DNA of 64,000 nucleotides from Lingula anatina (taxonomy: Eukaryota; Animalia; Brachiopoda), in contig CM120643.1 of NCBI GenBank assembly GCA_051362555.1, positions 27,966,848 to 28,030,847 of the forward strand, in the 5' to 3' direction. Below are positions 51,064 through 63,359 of the stretch, in pieces. The notes beneath the pieces were generated by a model. That model saw nothing but the letters and a program-made list of their open reading frames with translations, ran no database searches and was not told where the DNA came from. The position numbers and the translations under genes were made by a program. The first letter of the stretch is position 1. The number at the start of each line of letters is the position of its first letter.

Positions 51064-51399
51064 CTAAGTATTAATATATGGTATCTATGTAATAGTTTGG
51101 TCATATAGCCCTTGTAAATTGTGTTAGAACTAATAAAGATTATTATTATTATTATTAATTGGATTTCAGATAATTCACAGCTTTTTGGGCGAGAAATATA
51201 CTAGCGACCAATAAAATGTATTTATATCCCCAATTCTTTTTTGACGGCTTGACTTGCTACAGTGAAGAATAAAAATGATATATTTATTTTACTGCTTCTG
51301 CTAACAGTTCAGAATAAAATATCTACCTCTATCTATCTATCTATCTGTCTATCTGTCTGTCTGTCTATCTGTGGATCATCCATGACATATCGCAGCCGT

Positions 51400-51432
<33 letters not shown>

Positions 51433-52464
51433 ACGGTACCGACTCTTTTACTTTTTATCCATGCTTCCCAATCTTTACATATTTTTCATTAACGTACAAA
51501 GTGGCCTCATTTCTGGGCACGACGATCACTCGATACCGCTTTGAGGAATCGGATATTGTTATTACCACCGTATTATTATGCTGTTATTGCCATCATGCAA
51601 ATATCGAAATGTTAGAATAAAGATAACCCGCAGGTGACGTTATTCATCACTCCCACTACACGTGTATATTTCATAGAAAAATACACTGCCCTTTAATTAA
51701 CACTCACCTGGATATTTTCAATAGAGACGTCTTTCTCATTATTAATACAGTCCGGATATAACATATATGTGATTGCCTATGTTAATAACGCCACGAACCA
51801 CCACCCCCGCCCTGTTTATTTTGTTTCAAAATGTAAGATTAGACCAAATATCCCACCCTTTGACATTTATTTATTTGTTAAAAAGTGGTAACAGGTCACA
51901 GGTGCATTAAATTCTGAATTTTTCGTCACTGGGTTCGGCTGATTTCAGTTCTGTCATGCGGGCCATGGTCTTTTGTGCCGTTATTTCATTTATGCGATCC
52001 TACATTTGCCAGAATTGAAAGGAAGACATCTTTTGTAAATAGCAGTTTTGTTTGCTAAAAACAAAATGATCGCCCAGTTTTTGTACCGTTTGCTCAAATA
52101 CGCTGAAAATAACCAGCATTTTGTTTATAGCACTATATCCTGCCTGCACTCTCTGCATCTTCTTCTTACAAATCCGCGAAGCAGGTGAATGAAAAGCAAC
52201 AGGTAAATTTATTTGGTCTTTTCCAAAACTAGGTCACCCACCTCAACAGCGGCATTGTTATTCACTTAAACTGCACATTAAGTAGTCACAGGAGTCACCT
52301 GTGGAGCGACATTGTTAAAGGGAGAACTCCTCAACCATGGCTCCGGATTTCAAAAGCTGAGGTTCTCTGAGAAGACATTTTGCAGTAAGGACATCGCAGA
52401 TCGTCAACAGGTACAGTATACTGCTATACCCTCTAGATACGTTAAATAGTTTTTATGCTTGAAA

Positions 52465-52467
52465 GTG

Positions 52468-52502
<35 letters not shown>

Positions 52503-52517
52503 TAGTGAGAGAGAGAA

Positions 52518-52548
<31 letters not shown>

Positions 52549-52566
52549 GAAAGAGAGAGGAAGAGA
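52465..52566. repeat. (GT)n(GA)n compound microsatellite
   Basis: Visible directly. Confidence 0.95.
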
Positions 52567-53156
52567 GGTATCTGTTACTTGTTTCCTGTTACATGTATTT
52601 GTTTGCTTGTCGTTATGGGGGGGGGGGGGGGTTGGTGGGATGGGGTACTAGTATGTTTTTATTGACAGCCCTGTGGAGACCAAATTAGCTGAAAAAAACA
52701 TCCACTAACTCACTTAATATAATACCTTCTGACTTCCTAACGAGTATATAGATTGCTTTCCTTTGATTTGCCACAGCTAGAAATATCGGCGCTGTACTGG
52801 TCACGATCTAGGAGTTATTTTCTTCGTCGTCGTGACAGGCGCATAACTCTACAGCATAATACGAATGTGCACCGGATTTTGATATAATCTTAACACTGAT
52901 GTCTCTAGACATTCACAGAGGGGAGGGGACATCCGCCATTTTTGTGTTTTATATCGCGGAAGTAGGTACCTGCACGGTGAGATACAATGCCTACTAAGTC
53001 TGATAGTGTCTTTTCACCTGTCGTTGAGAGGGGGAACGACATAGATATTTATTTTTGGAATCCACCCTTAATCAGGTAAATCAACGGCTACTACACTAAA
53101 GTACAGGTATTCACGACTAACTGTGTAACAAGGATAGAATGTTGACCAAGTGGTGT

Positions 53157-53187
<31 letters not shown>

Positions 53188-53293
53188 GGGGGGGGGAGGG
53201 GGGCGGGGGTAAATATATATTAAATTATAAACTATAAAATCATAATGTCACATTCTGTTGCAGGTACCAAAATCTTATAAACACGTGGGAAAC

Positions 53294-54578
53294 ATGGACG
53301 ACGGCGTAATTGTGTAAGTGTCATCATTTTTTGTTTTGTTTTATTTTTGCCGCGATCAGGTGGTTTTAACTATTATATTTGTAGTAATAAAAGTCTTTAT
53401 TATTAGTATTCTTTCATATGTTCAAAATAACCTAATTGAGTAAAAATTTAGAATCACGTATACAGCATTTGATCGTCTTGTTGATTTTCATTTTCGTTTT
53501 GTGATGTCTCATAGGTTTGGCACGGCGATGAAATATTTACTGTAGGCCCTAGACTTGGCGTTGATACAGTTGATCTGTTATTATTTTCATTATTATTATC
53601 ATATTAACATCTGAACTTTTGTGGGCTAAGACGTACGCCATCGGTAAAATATATAAAAAGCTGTGTGTGGGCGAAAGTAGGAGATTTGACTTAGTAATGA
53701 AGCGGTATGTTGGAGAGGATACCCAGCAGTTATATCATTGTGTTAGGTGAGATAGATGTTGGAGAAGACTGCACATTGTGTTAGATGAGATGAGATGTAA
53801 GTTTTAACTTAAAAAACAACAGGAGCGAATGCGTTGTGTTGGATAAAAAGGAGGGATGGAGGTGGTGCAAGGTAAAGTAAAACAAATTTGTTGACACACA
53901 GAAAGCAAAGTTGGATAAAACAAGCGTCAATAATCTGAAATATTTCTTTCTTTTAAACTTTCAGAGGAATCGTCGTGGCTGTGATATTCCTGTTGATACT
54001 GATAGGTATTTGTGTCTACATGACAAGAGCTCACAAACGAGAACAGCAGCGGCGCGTGGTTGTCGTAAATCTTGGAGATGAGAATATGTTCAGTGTGAGT
54101 ACATCGGGAACTTTTATTCATACAGATTGTAATATTAGTAAAGAAACAAGAGATATCAATATATTTTTGAGTAAATTGGTGGTGTTGTGTCAAGCGCCTA
54201 CAAACGATATATTGGTAAGATATCAAACTTTCAAGTACATGATTACAATAATAATAATAAGATTAAGGAAATTTGAAAAAAAGGTCCAAACTTGTCCCAA
54301 TTTCTTAATATAATATAATAAATCAGTTACTCATGGTATTTCTTTATTTTCATTTTCCCTCTTTTTGTTGTGGATTCTGGCTGGGTGTATGTTTATGTTA
54401 AGAATATTACCATGTTACAGCCAAATAAATCCCGTTCTATTTTCAGGATCGTAAATCAATCGTCAACAATGCTCAGCCGCCAGCGACGTCGGCTACTACA
54501 ACGGCGAACGCGGGCGTCAACCCTCCGTACAATCCTCCTCCATACAGCTATAACCCCAGCCTGCCACTGTATACCTGA
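53294..54578 (+). CDS. Small single-pass membrane protein with PPxY motif (paralog A), 93 aa; exons 53294-53313, 53965-54094, 54447-54578
   Basis: MDDGVIV|GIVVAVIFLLILIGICVYMTRAHKREQQRRVVVVNLGDENMFS|DRKSIVNNAQPPATSATTTANAGVNPPYNPPPYSYNPSLPLYT*. Donors GTAAGT and GTGAGT, acceptors TTTCAG, intron phases 2 and 0. Confidence 0.85.
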
Positions 54579-55935
54579 CCTTTCTACAATCGATATATCT
54601 CTTTTGGAAATTTATAGAATTTATTTGAGCTGTGATATACACTGATCAGGCATGCGCAGTGTTGATACGACGACTTTGAACGTTCAATAACTACTCAAGA
54701 GAAGAAAGCAAAGCCGCGCGCCTTGACGACAGTTATATAATATTGTCAGACATATGTTTTTAAGTGCAGATATATGTTATATAGGTTGTGCTTGACGTTT
54801 ATATTAGCATGAACCATATTTTCACAAAATCTATAGAAACAATACATAGCCAGTGAAAAAAATTGTTACCGTTGATAAAGCAAAATAATGCCTTTGATAA
54901 ATGGAAATCTGTAAGTAGGGGCTAATAACTCCATAACAAGAGCATTTAAACCAAAACGATGACACGGGATTATATCTCATACACTCCTGGTCAACACTGC
55001 CAGTTTTCTTGAAAAAATCTTGTACAGGGATAAAGTTAGAGTACATATCGATTGCTATGTCACCTCAAAATAGAAAGATGTTAAATTGACGATTAAACCC
55101 TTTAAGTTGCCCATGCTTATGCATTGAAAACGAAGAAATAAATATTTTATTTCTGATATTTTATATTTTCGACGGTTTTTTTTATTGTTTTAAATCAACA
55201 CAAAGAAAGGTGCATTGTTTGTTGAGTAATTAGATGCGGTATCTGGATGATAATAAAGGGTTACAATATCCTAACATTTTTTTGGGTGTGTGTGTGACAC
55301 CGGCGCTATACAAATTAAAGGGGAGCGCACTAAGGTTTCTAGCGGACTACCGTCACTGTCACGCCGGCCTAGTTTAAGTGATTGATGAGGAAAGGGTTGT
55401 GTTTGTAATGGCGTTAATTGCGAATACATTGACTTTGGAAAGGTGCATATTTTAGCACTTATCTTTTCTCTTGCTCTTTAAAGTTGATGTAAAAGAGTTT
55501 TATGACAAATATTGTTTCAATTAAGAAAATCGTGCCACACTTTTGAAATCTTAAAAGTATTTTACACACTTTGGTAAAATTGATCTGAAGATTATGTTGG
55601 TAGTGTTCATACAGTGCTTTTTTTATCATATACCACATTATGCATACTAAATGATTATTAATGGCTTCGTAAATTGATTATTTTCATTTACAATTAAATG
55701 TTTTTATATGATGTTAAGGGTAAGCAGCTATCTTGTTTATTTGGAATCAGGATAAAATACCATAGAACACAGAGGACGCGCCAAGCATGTTAATACTGAT
55801 GAGCCTTCTTGGAAAAATTCCTTTGCTTGGAGACATGTCACGTGGTGTGCGTGGAGGGAGGGCTGTGTGTGTGTGTGATCATTTCATATGTCAAATATTC
55901 AAGACATCGCACTTTATATAAACAACTTACTAGAC

Positions 55936-58851
55936 ATGGAAGCGTACGTCATGTAAGTATAACATGTATAACTGAAGATTTTGTATTTTTCACGTGTCAT
56001 TTTTTGCATCAAAAAGACCTCGGATGAAACCAATATTCCTTACTAGTCATACAAACTCGAACATGTATACACATGTCGCAGGTCAGATCCCATTCTAGTT
56101 CACGTTCTAAGTGGGCCAGATCATATCCCAATAAGGACGTGCCCCAGACCACATCTCAATTGGGTCTTTGCATTGTTAAATGCATAATGAGCATGCTAAC
56201 TTTGCCCACGTATGTCATATGTAATTAAATATGGGATGTCATATATCAAGGTACATATTACAGGTGTAGCAAGTGAAATATAGTTGTATGCAACTGAGGA
56301 TAATTTTTAAGATTATTGCCTAAACATTTAATGAGAAAGCATTTTAATTAAGAAATTTTATACAATATGATAGAGGCATATCAAATTAGATTCTGATTAC
56401 AATATCTAGTAAAAGAATGTTTAATCAAAGGTGTAGCAGCGAAAGCTAGCAATGTTTCATTTATATAAATTTTATGACAACCTGGCCATTTTCCAAAAAG
56501 TAAAGTAATCATTTTAACTACAAAAATCTGGATTCTATCCAAGCAAAATATAGAGCTTCAAAGATATTGAATTAATTTTTTTCAGTGCACTATCCGCAAT
56601 TTTATATATTCTTGAACCTTGGATCACCCTCTGCTGCACCTATCTTGGTTGGCCACTGGTACTATATGTTAAGGAGGTAAGTACACCAGCTCTTTCTTTC
56701 TGTATACGTCCCACCTCTTTTTATATGCTTTTTTATAAATTGCCACGTACCAGGGTTAATTACGAAGATATCTCACTCATAGTCAGTAAAGTTCTAGGGA
56801 TTGGGCAGGGTGGGGGAGGGGGGTGGCTGGATTCTGGACCCGGTTCTTATTTAACCAACCTACTGTTGAATTGGCTGTAAGCAGAGTCGCATTCTCATGC
56901 TGAAACATAATATACAGGCCTAACCAATTACCAGACTCGGCACCTAAGGATCCTGAATTAACCGGTATATCGGACCACACTACCCGTTTTCAAGGTGTGT
57001 GTCAGATCGCATTTCGGAGAATCAGTCAGAACACCGACAGGATGAGCCCACGCTCGGCTGTCACCTTAATTGGATAGTAAACGATTGTAGTATTTAATCG
57101 CTATATGATTTTAAAACCGGTTGCATAAATTTAAAAGCCACCTAGATGAACCTTAGACAGCCATATTAATCTAATACAATGCAAAAAAGCCCTTTTAAAA
57201 GTGGTTAAAATATTCAAACCGAATGTCGTAAAGTCCCCATATACCCCCATAGAGACAATGAAATAGAGTACTCTAAAGTAAGAGTACAGTTCAAGGTTGT
57301 TCAGCCGAGCGTGGATTAGCCCGCAGTCGTCCTACAAAATTTGTTCTGGGGTATGATACTCCGAAATGCCATCTGACACACACCTTGAAAACGGGTAGTG
57401 TGGTCCGATATACCGGTTAGTTCAGGATCCTTGGGTGCCGAGTCTGGTAGTTGGGTAGGCCTGATATAACTGGGTGGTCACTTTTACCCGTGTTGAAGGC
57501 TTGTCGCGCCGTCTACAGGAGATAATTGCAGTACGCGGTGAACGCACACGCTGTTAGGCACGTGATCATTAACGAGCACACTCTAATGCTAATTGTGTGA
57601 TTTGGTGTCATTTGATGGCGTCTTTTCAATTTTTAAATATAAATACACATTTCTTTACATCTGTAGAAGTCACAGTGAAACCGTGGATTTGAGGAGGTAC
57701 CTACGGTGGCCCACAAGTGCACTCCAAATTCCAAACGACACTCCCAATTCTAAACCTCACACCGAATACTTAAACTTCACTCTCAATTCTTAAAACCCAC
57801 TCCGAATTCGTAAACCCCACTCCGAATTCGCAAACCTCACTCCGAATTCGTAAACCTCACTCCAAATTGAAAAAGCTCACTCCGAATTCGCAAACCTCAC
57901 TCCGAATTCGTAAACCCCACTCCGAATTCGCAAACCTCACTCCGAATTGAAAAAGCTCACTCCGACTTCGTAAACCTCACTCCGAATTCATATTTTAACC
58001 CCGTTCACTGCCGTATAATATTCTAAGATCGGCTAGGGGATTTTGCCAATAGAGGGCTTCGTGTGAAAACGAGTTATTTTTCATACTACTTGGTGCGCTG
58101 TATTCCCATTCACAAAATGATGACGTAGACGTATGACCCTTTTAAGCTCATGGAAATCGAAGAAATGAAGAAAATAGGGATAAACATGCATGTACTTAAC
58201 AGCAAGTCACAATTAAAATATATTATGTTTACGTGTTTTCTTGTGTGTGTCGTTTTAAGGAATTATACATGTATTATGAATATGAGAACAGAATTACGAG
58301 TTGAAACAGCGTTGGAAGGAACAGATTTATGCACTACATGTATGTAAATAAACGTGCGTTATTTATTATTTACAACTTCAAGCATTTTCACGTGATTATT
58401 TTGAAATGAATGTTTAATACATGTTTCAGGGTGTCGACATTGGCTTATATTATTTATAAATGGGCAAAACAATCCGTATTATCATATACTTTAGGCCTAC
58501 ACATGTACCTGTTAAATAACCGAGTATACTTGATAATAGTAATTAGTAGCCCCTCACACTTTTGCAGCTGAAATATTCATCTAAGATCATAGATAATCTA
58601 ATAATTGAAATTAATCTGATTAATTACACTTTATTAATCGATTTCGAATGAATAACATGCAGAGGTGGATGGGGGGGGGGGGGGGAGGCGTGTGAGGGGG
58701 GTCTTGACCCCCCTTTTGAATTCTGTAAAAAAAAATCACACCAATGTTAAAATTAGAATTTTGAATAATAGTTCTAAAACGTACCAAATAGCACTGTTCG
58801 CCCTATAAGGGGGGGGGGGGGGGCAGCTCTGCATGTGCAGCCTGTCATTCC

Positions 58852-58900
<49 letters not shown>

Positions 58901-59906
58901 AGATCCCCCTTCAAATAATCCTGGATCCACCCCTGACATGTATGGATTATTAGTAGTATCAATCCTATGTTGAGAAAATTGGGAGCAGTGTCACTTAATT
59001 TGTCCTTTTATTTATAATGGTAAACCTGTAAATTGCTTCTTGCCCCCAATTTGTGTCCCTGGCGAGAGAGAGTGTGTGTATGTGTGTGTGTGTAATTGTG
59101 AAAAATACTGAAAATAGCTGGAGAAGTCAATTGACCTTGTGACGTAAACTGTTGGTTTATTTTCGTAAGGTATGTATCACGCAAACCAAAATGTAACACA
59201 ATTCGCACTGTTTGCTAAAACTCTCTCGAACCTTTCACAGGAAGCGCCCAGCTAAAAAAAAATTATTTGTCCCAGACGAATTAATGTTTCATAAGATTTC
59301 TCGAAGAGAACTTTGATGAGAATGGGCATAGTGGAATTGGGAGTGAGCTTTACGAAGAGAACTTTGATGAGAATTGGCATAGTGGAATTGGGAGTGAGCT
59401 TTTTGAATTCGGAGTGAGGTTTACGAATTCGGAGTGAGGTTTGCGAATTCGGAGTGAGCTTTTTCAATTCGGAGTGAGGTTTACGAATTCGGAGTGAGGT
59501 TTGCGAATTCGGAGTGAGCTTTTTCAATTTGGAGTGAGGTTTACGAATTCGGAGTGAGGTTTGCGAATTCGGAGTGGGGTTTACGAATTCGGAGTTGGTT
59601 TTAAGAATTGAAAGTGAAGTTTAAGTAAGCGGTGTGAGGTTTAGAATTGGGAGTGTCGTTTGGAATTTGGAGTGCACTTGTGGGCCACCGTAGGTACCTC
59701 TCATAAATTTTACTAAATGGTACAAAATATATGTATATTTTCACCACTATTTTACACTATTTTCTATTTTTTAAAACCATTCATCATGTTAGACACGGTA
59801 TCTGTAATAAAAAGCAATATTTCTAACAATTTAAAGCTTTGAGGTTATCATTTGTAAATAAAAGTACATGGAAATGGGGGTGGGACAACCTTTTTGAACA
59901 ATGCTG

Positions 59907-59951
<45 letters not shown>

Positions 59952-61006
59952 CTTTATTGAACTATTGCAACCCGATTGTTGAAGTTACACATATATATAC
60001 TTTTATTTATCTATTTCATTTATATATTTTTTTGATGAAATTAATTTAAGTCAGAGAAGCCTGGTCATGTTTTCGCCCTGATGCGCTCTAAAGTCGCTCT
60101 CACCTCCCTGGGGAGCCATATTAGGCGCCCTGAGCTAACCAACACATCATGTCTGCACTGCCTGACTCGGCCCCTGCTTCAACCCCTCAGTGTTGAGTGT
60201 CAAGCGGGGAGACAGCAGGTACCGTTCATAAAGGACTGGTATGTCCCAGGACGGTTCGAACCCACGTCCTCACGCTCCGGAGGTGGACACTCTAACCACA
60301 AGGCCATCCGGTCGGAAAAACTAAATGCCAAGTTTTGAAAACTGTAGACCTCTACATTTCTTGTCTTTTTTCTTTTTCGTGCATTCATTCAAAAATCTGA
60401 TAAAATCAGTGATTTCCGAGGAAAAAAAATATCCATAAAACTGAAAAGGCACCGCGAAATGCCATCAGATCTCTCCCCGGTTCTCGACCTCCGGGTTGAG
60501 ATAACATTTTCGATCTCTATTCTATCCTATTCTTACTTAAAATGTTATACATTACCAGACATTAGTAGGCCCACGTGTTTGATAATGTGCCATTTTCTTA
60601 TTACTCGTTTGTATTTCAGAGGTTTTGTCGGTGGAGGCTTAGACGCCGTCAGAGGTTTGTTCCATCGTCGAAAAACGCGGGCTTCGAATCCCCAACCGAC
60701 TCGCAGCAGTACAATTCCACCAACTCGGATCTCGTTTCTACGACCGACCAGCAGCCATACTATTACCTGTCTGGCTATGCCTGTCTTTTTCGCGCCATTC
60801 TGCCACAGATTAACAAATTTGTAAAGTACTGCATAGTTCAGTTTACACACTGCAAACCCGACCACTTGCATGCAAAATTTCAAATTCTTCTATGCAGTAG
60901 TTGCCGACATATGGATACTTTTTTTGACAAAACCATGCTTTGCCAAAGCCAAGCTTTGACCTGCCCAAAGGAGCACTACCCAATTAAATCACTGCATATT
61001 ACATAA
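55936..61006 (+). CDS. Small single-pass membrane protein (paralog B), ~164 aa; exons 55936-55952, 56586-56676, 60620-61006
   Basis: MEAYVI|ALSAILYILEPWITLCCTYLGWPLVLYVKE|RFCRWRLRRRQRFVPSSKNAGFESPTDSQQYNSTNSDLVSTTDQQPYYYLSGY... Donors GTAAGT, acceptors TTTCAG, same phases (2, 0) as paralog A. The link to the last exon is the least certain part. Confidence 0.65.
56915..57463. mobile_element. Foldback MITE with ~105-bp TIRs, 5-bp TSD ATATA
   Basis: ATATA|CAGGCCTAACCAATTACCAGACTCGGCAC ... GTGCCGAGTCTGGTAGTTGGGTAGGCCTG|ATATA; same family as 62279-62905. Confidence 0.9.
57702..59692. mobile_element. Non-autonomous IS3EU-like DNA transposon, ~290-bp TIRs containing 21-bp tandem repeats, 6-bp TSD GGTACC
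   Basis: GGTACC|TACGGTGGCCCACAAGTGCACTCC ... GGAGTGCACTTGTGGGCCACCGTA|GGTACC; subterminal arrays of CACTCCGAATTCGYAAACCT-type units (~57775-57990 and, inverted, ~59330-59640). TAY..RTA ends with a 6-bp TSD are the IS3EU pattern. Confidence 0.8.
58660..58935. mobile_element. MITE nested in the IS3EU-like element, 5-bp TSD ACATG
   Basis: ACATG|CAGAGGTGGAT ... ATCCACCCCTG|ACATG. Confidence 0.75.
59908..59951. repeat. (AAT)n microsatellite
   Basis: Perfect run. Confidence 0.95.
60050..60315 (-). mobile_element. tRNA-derived SINE (central region resembles the Meta/MESC conserved domain)
   Basis: Minus strand: A box TGGCCTTGTGG, B box GGTTCGAACC, then GGTACCTGCTGTCTCCCCGCTTGACACTCAACACTGAGGGG and a ~130-bp 3' part. 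Confidence 0.8.
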
Positions 61007-61752
61007 TGCAGCAGAGAACCAAACCTGGTATTCAGTTAATTGATAGCGACACACCTGATTACACACTTCTACATTCACATATCTCATATGAGATCGGGCT
61101 TTTTTTTTTGTTAAAAAAGAGCGCATTTTCACCTAGGCATACCTTTGCAACCGAAATATTCCATATTAAATGCCAAGTCTGTATATTAGGTTGTTCATGT
61201 GCATGATTTGAATATTAATATATTGATCTAAAATATTTTGTAACCAGGATCTTTTTCAATGTAACCTTGTGGCACAGAAATGTTGTAGCTCGCATTTGTA
61301 ATATTTGTGGTAGACCAAAGACCAATAAAAGATAAACTTTACGAAAATTGACATTTTCAATCAATGTTAGTTTATGTAAAATGTATTAGTAAACACATAA
61401 AGCCCAGGTATATCATTTTCACACTGAATTCTACAACCAATTTATTTTGCCATTTTGATGCCGACTTGGTAGGTGACACATATCTGTCACAAAATACGTT
61501 TTTATAAATTCATGGACTTCGCATCAAAAACTTATCTTTGTCAATTGCAATTCATTGAAATACAGAGAAATGATACTTCACTCTAACAGTCACGATCTCA
61601 GATGCGGTACCCATCACGTAGGGACTACGTGGTGCGATTATTGTTGCCAAGTATGATATGGAATATGATGAATGTTAATCAGAATTATTACATTAATCGT
61701 CACTTCATTCCCTCAAAGAGAACGATTTATAGTCAACATTATACGTGAAAAC

Positions 61753-63040
61753 ATGGATGCGGGCAGCATGTAAGTATAACATGTCTAGCTATAGATTTGT
61801 ACCTAGAAAGCGATTATTAAAGAAGGAAGAAACATGCTTTACTCGTGTATCTGTTGTTTAAGATTATGTACATGTAATTTTAGGGGCATAACTTTAATTT
61901 AGACTGCTTTTTGATGGCAAACTAGTACCCCTGTGGAAAATAAACGATTGGCCCCAAGCTATGCGTCTTTTCTGTGGTTATTTCTGGTGTCATTTCCTGC
62001 ACCAAACAGTACTTCCTGGAATGAAACCCATACACCTCACTTGTTAAACGACTCAATACATGTACATACGAAAATGTATATATCATGGAACGTATACAAC
62101 TTTTCGCTTGCTTTTTTAACCAAATCGAAATGACTAGGAGAAACAGCTGCATAAAGGTAAACGGCGTGCTTATTTTTGTAATACACAGTCAACACAGCAA
62201 TAAACCAAGAAGTTATAAAGGGAAGGCCTTCTCTTTATAACTTCTTGAATAAACTGACAAAGAAACGGGTCGAATAAACAGGCCTACCCAACTACCAGAC
62301 TCGGCACATAAGGATCCTGAATTAACCGGTATGTCGGACCACACTACCCGTTTTCAAGGTGTGTGTCAGATCGCATTTCGGAGTATCACACCCCAGAACA
62401 AATTTTGTAGGACGAACGCGGGTTCATCCACGCTCGGCTGTCACCTTGATTGGATAGTAAACGATTGTCGTAAAATCGCTATATGATTTAAAAACCGGGT
62501 GCATAAATTTGAAGACCACCTAGAACAACCTTAGACTGTACTCTTACTTAAGAGTACACTATTTTATTGTCTCTATGGGGATATATGGGGACTTTACGAC
62601 ATTCGGTTTGAATGCTTTAACCACTTTTGATAGGTCTTTTTTTTGCATTAGATTAATGTGGCAGTCTAAGGTTGTTCTAGGTGGTTTTCAAATTTATGCT
62701 CCCGGTTTTAAAATCATATAGCGATTTTACGACAATCGTTTACTATCCAAACAAGGTGACAGCCGAGCGTGGGCTTATCCTGTCGGTGTTCTGACTGATA
62801 CTCCGAAATGCAATCTGACACACACCTTGAAAACGGGTAGTGTGATCCGATATACCGGTTAATTCAGGATCCTTATGTACCGAGTCTGGTAGTTGTGTAG
62901 GCCTGATAAAGCTGAATTTATTTTCCAGCGTATGTGTCGTCTGGATTATAATTTTCAACATTTGCCCTTGTGCAATTGGTATTTGGTCATGTGTTTGGTC
63001 TAAGTTATGTCGTCGCGCTGAGCAAAATAGTGACGAGGCG
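61753..63040 (+). CDS. Small single-pass membrane protein (paralog C, 3'-partial); exons 61753-61769, 62929-63040; last exon beyond the window
   Basis: MDAGSI|VCVVWIIIFNICPCAIGIWSCVWSKLCRRAEQNSDEA|GTAAGT, phases 2 and 0. Intron starts GTAAGTATAACATGT and GTAAGTACACCAG are shared with paralog B. Confidence 0.72.
62279..62905. mobile_element. Foldback MITE with long TIRs, 5-bp TSD ATAAA
   Basis: ATAAA|CAGGCCTACCCAACTACCAGACTCGG ... CCGAGTCTGGTAGTTGTGTAGGCCTG|ATAAA; arms pair over >200 bp. Confidence 0.9.
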
Positions 63041-63359
63041 GTAAGTACACCAGATCTATTTCTTTATAATGACAATTATAAAATCATGATTAAAAATTTG
63101 TCCCAACTCCAATTCCATGTTTACTTAACAAATTGCCACGTAACAGGGATATCCCTCAGTTATCCATTTCCGAGGATATCCCACACATTTTCAACGCGGT
63201 TCTGATCTAGGGGTTGAGCTGGCCATGTGGGCTGGGGGGCTGGATCTGATTCGCATATAAACAGCCTACTGTTGAATTGGCTGCACTTGGAGTAGCATTG
63301 TCATGCTGAAAGATAACTGGGTGGTCATGGTCCCTAAACATATTCCAGACAGAATACCT

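Noticed and set aside
52337-52360. ATG in an upstream exon of paralog A
   Set aside because: Stops after 7 codons; at most a uORF in the 5' UTR.
57775-59640. 21-bp repeat arrays as CRISPR or coding repeats (ORF 59252-59527)
   Set aside because: No spacers; they are mirrored subterminal repeats within transposon TIRs.
60240-60315. tRNA gene
   Set aside because: A and B boxes are present but the acceptor stem does not close and the sequence continues into a SINE body.
60459-60824. 121-aa ORF as the reading frame of the 60620 exon
   Set aside because: The upstream exon ends in phase 0, selecting the RFCRWRLRRR frame; the other frame would need a phase-2 junction (possible only if the TM exon is skipped).
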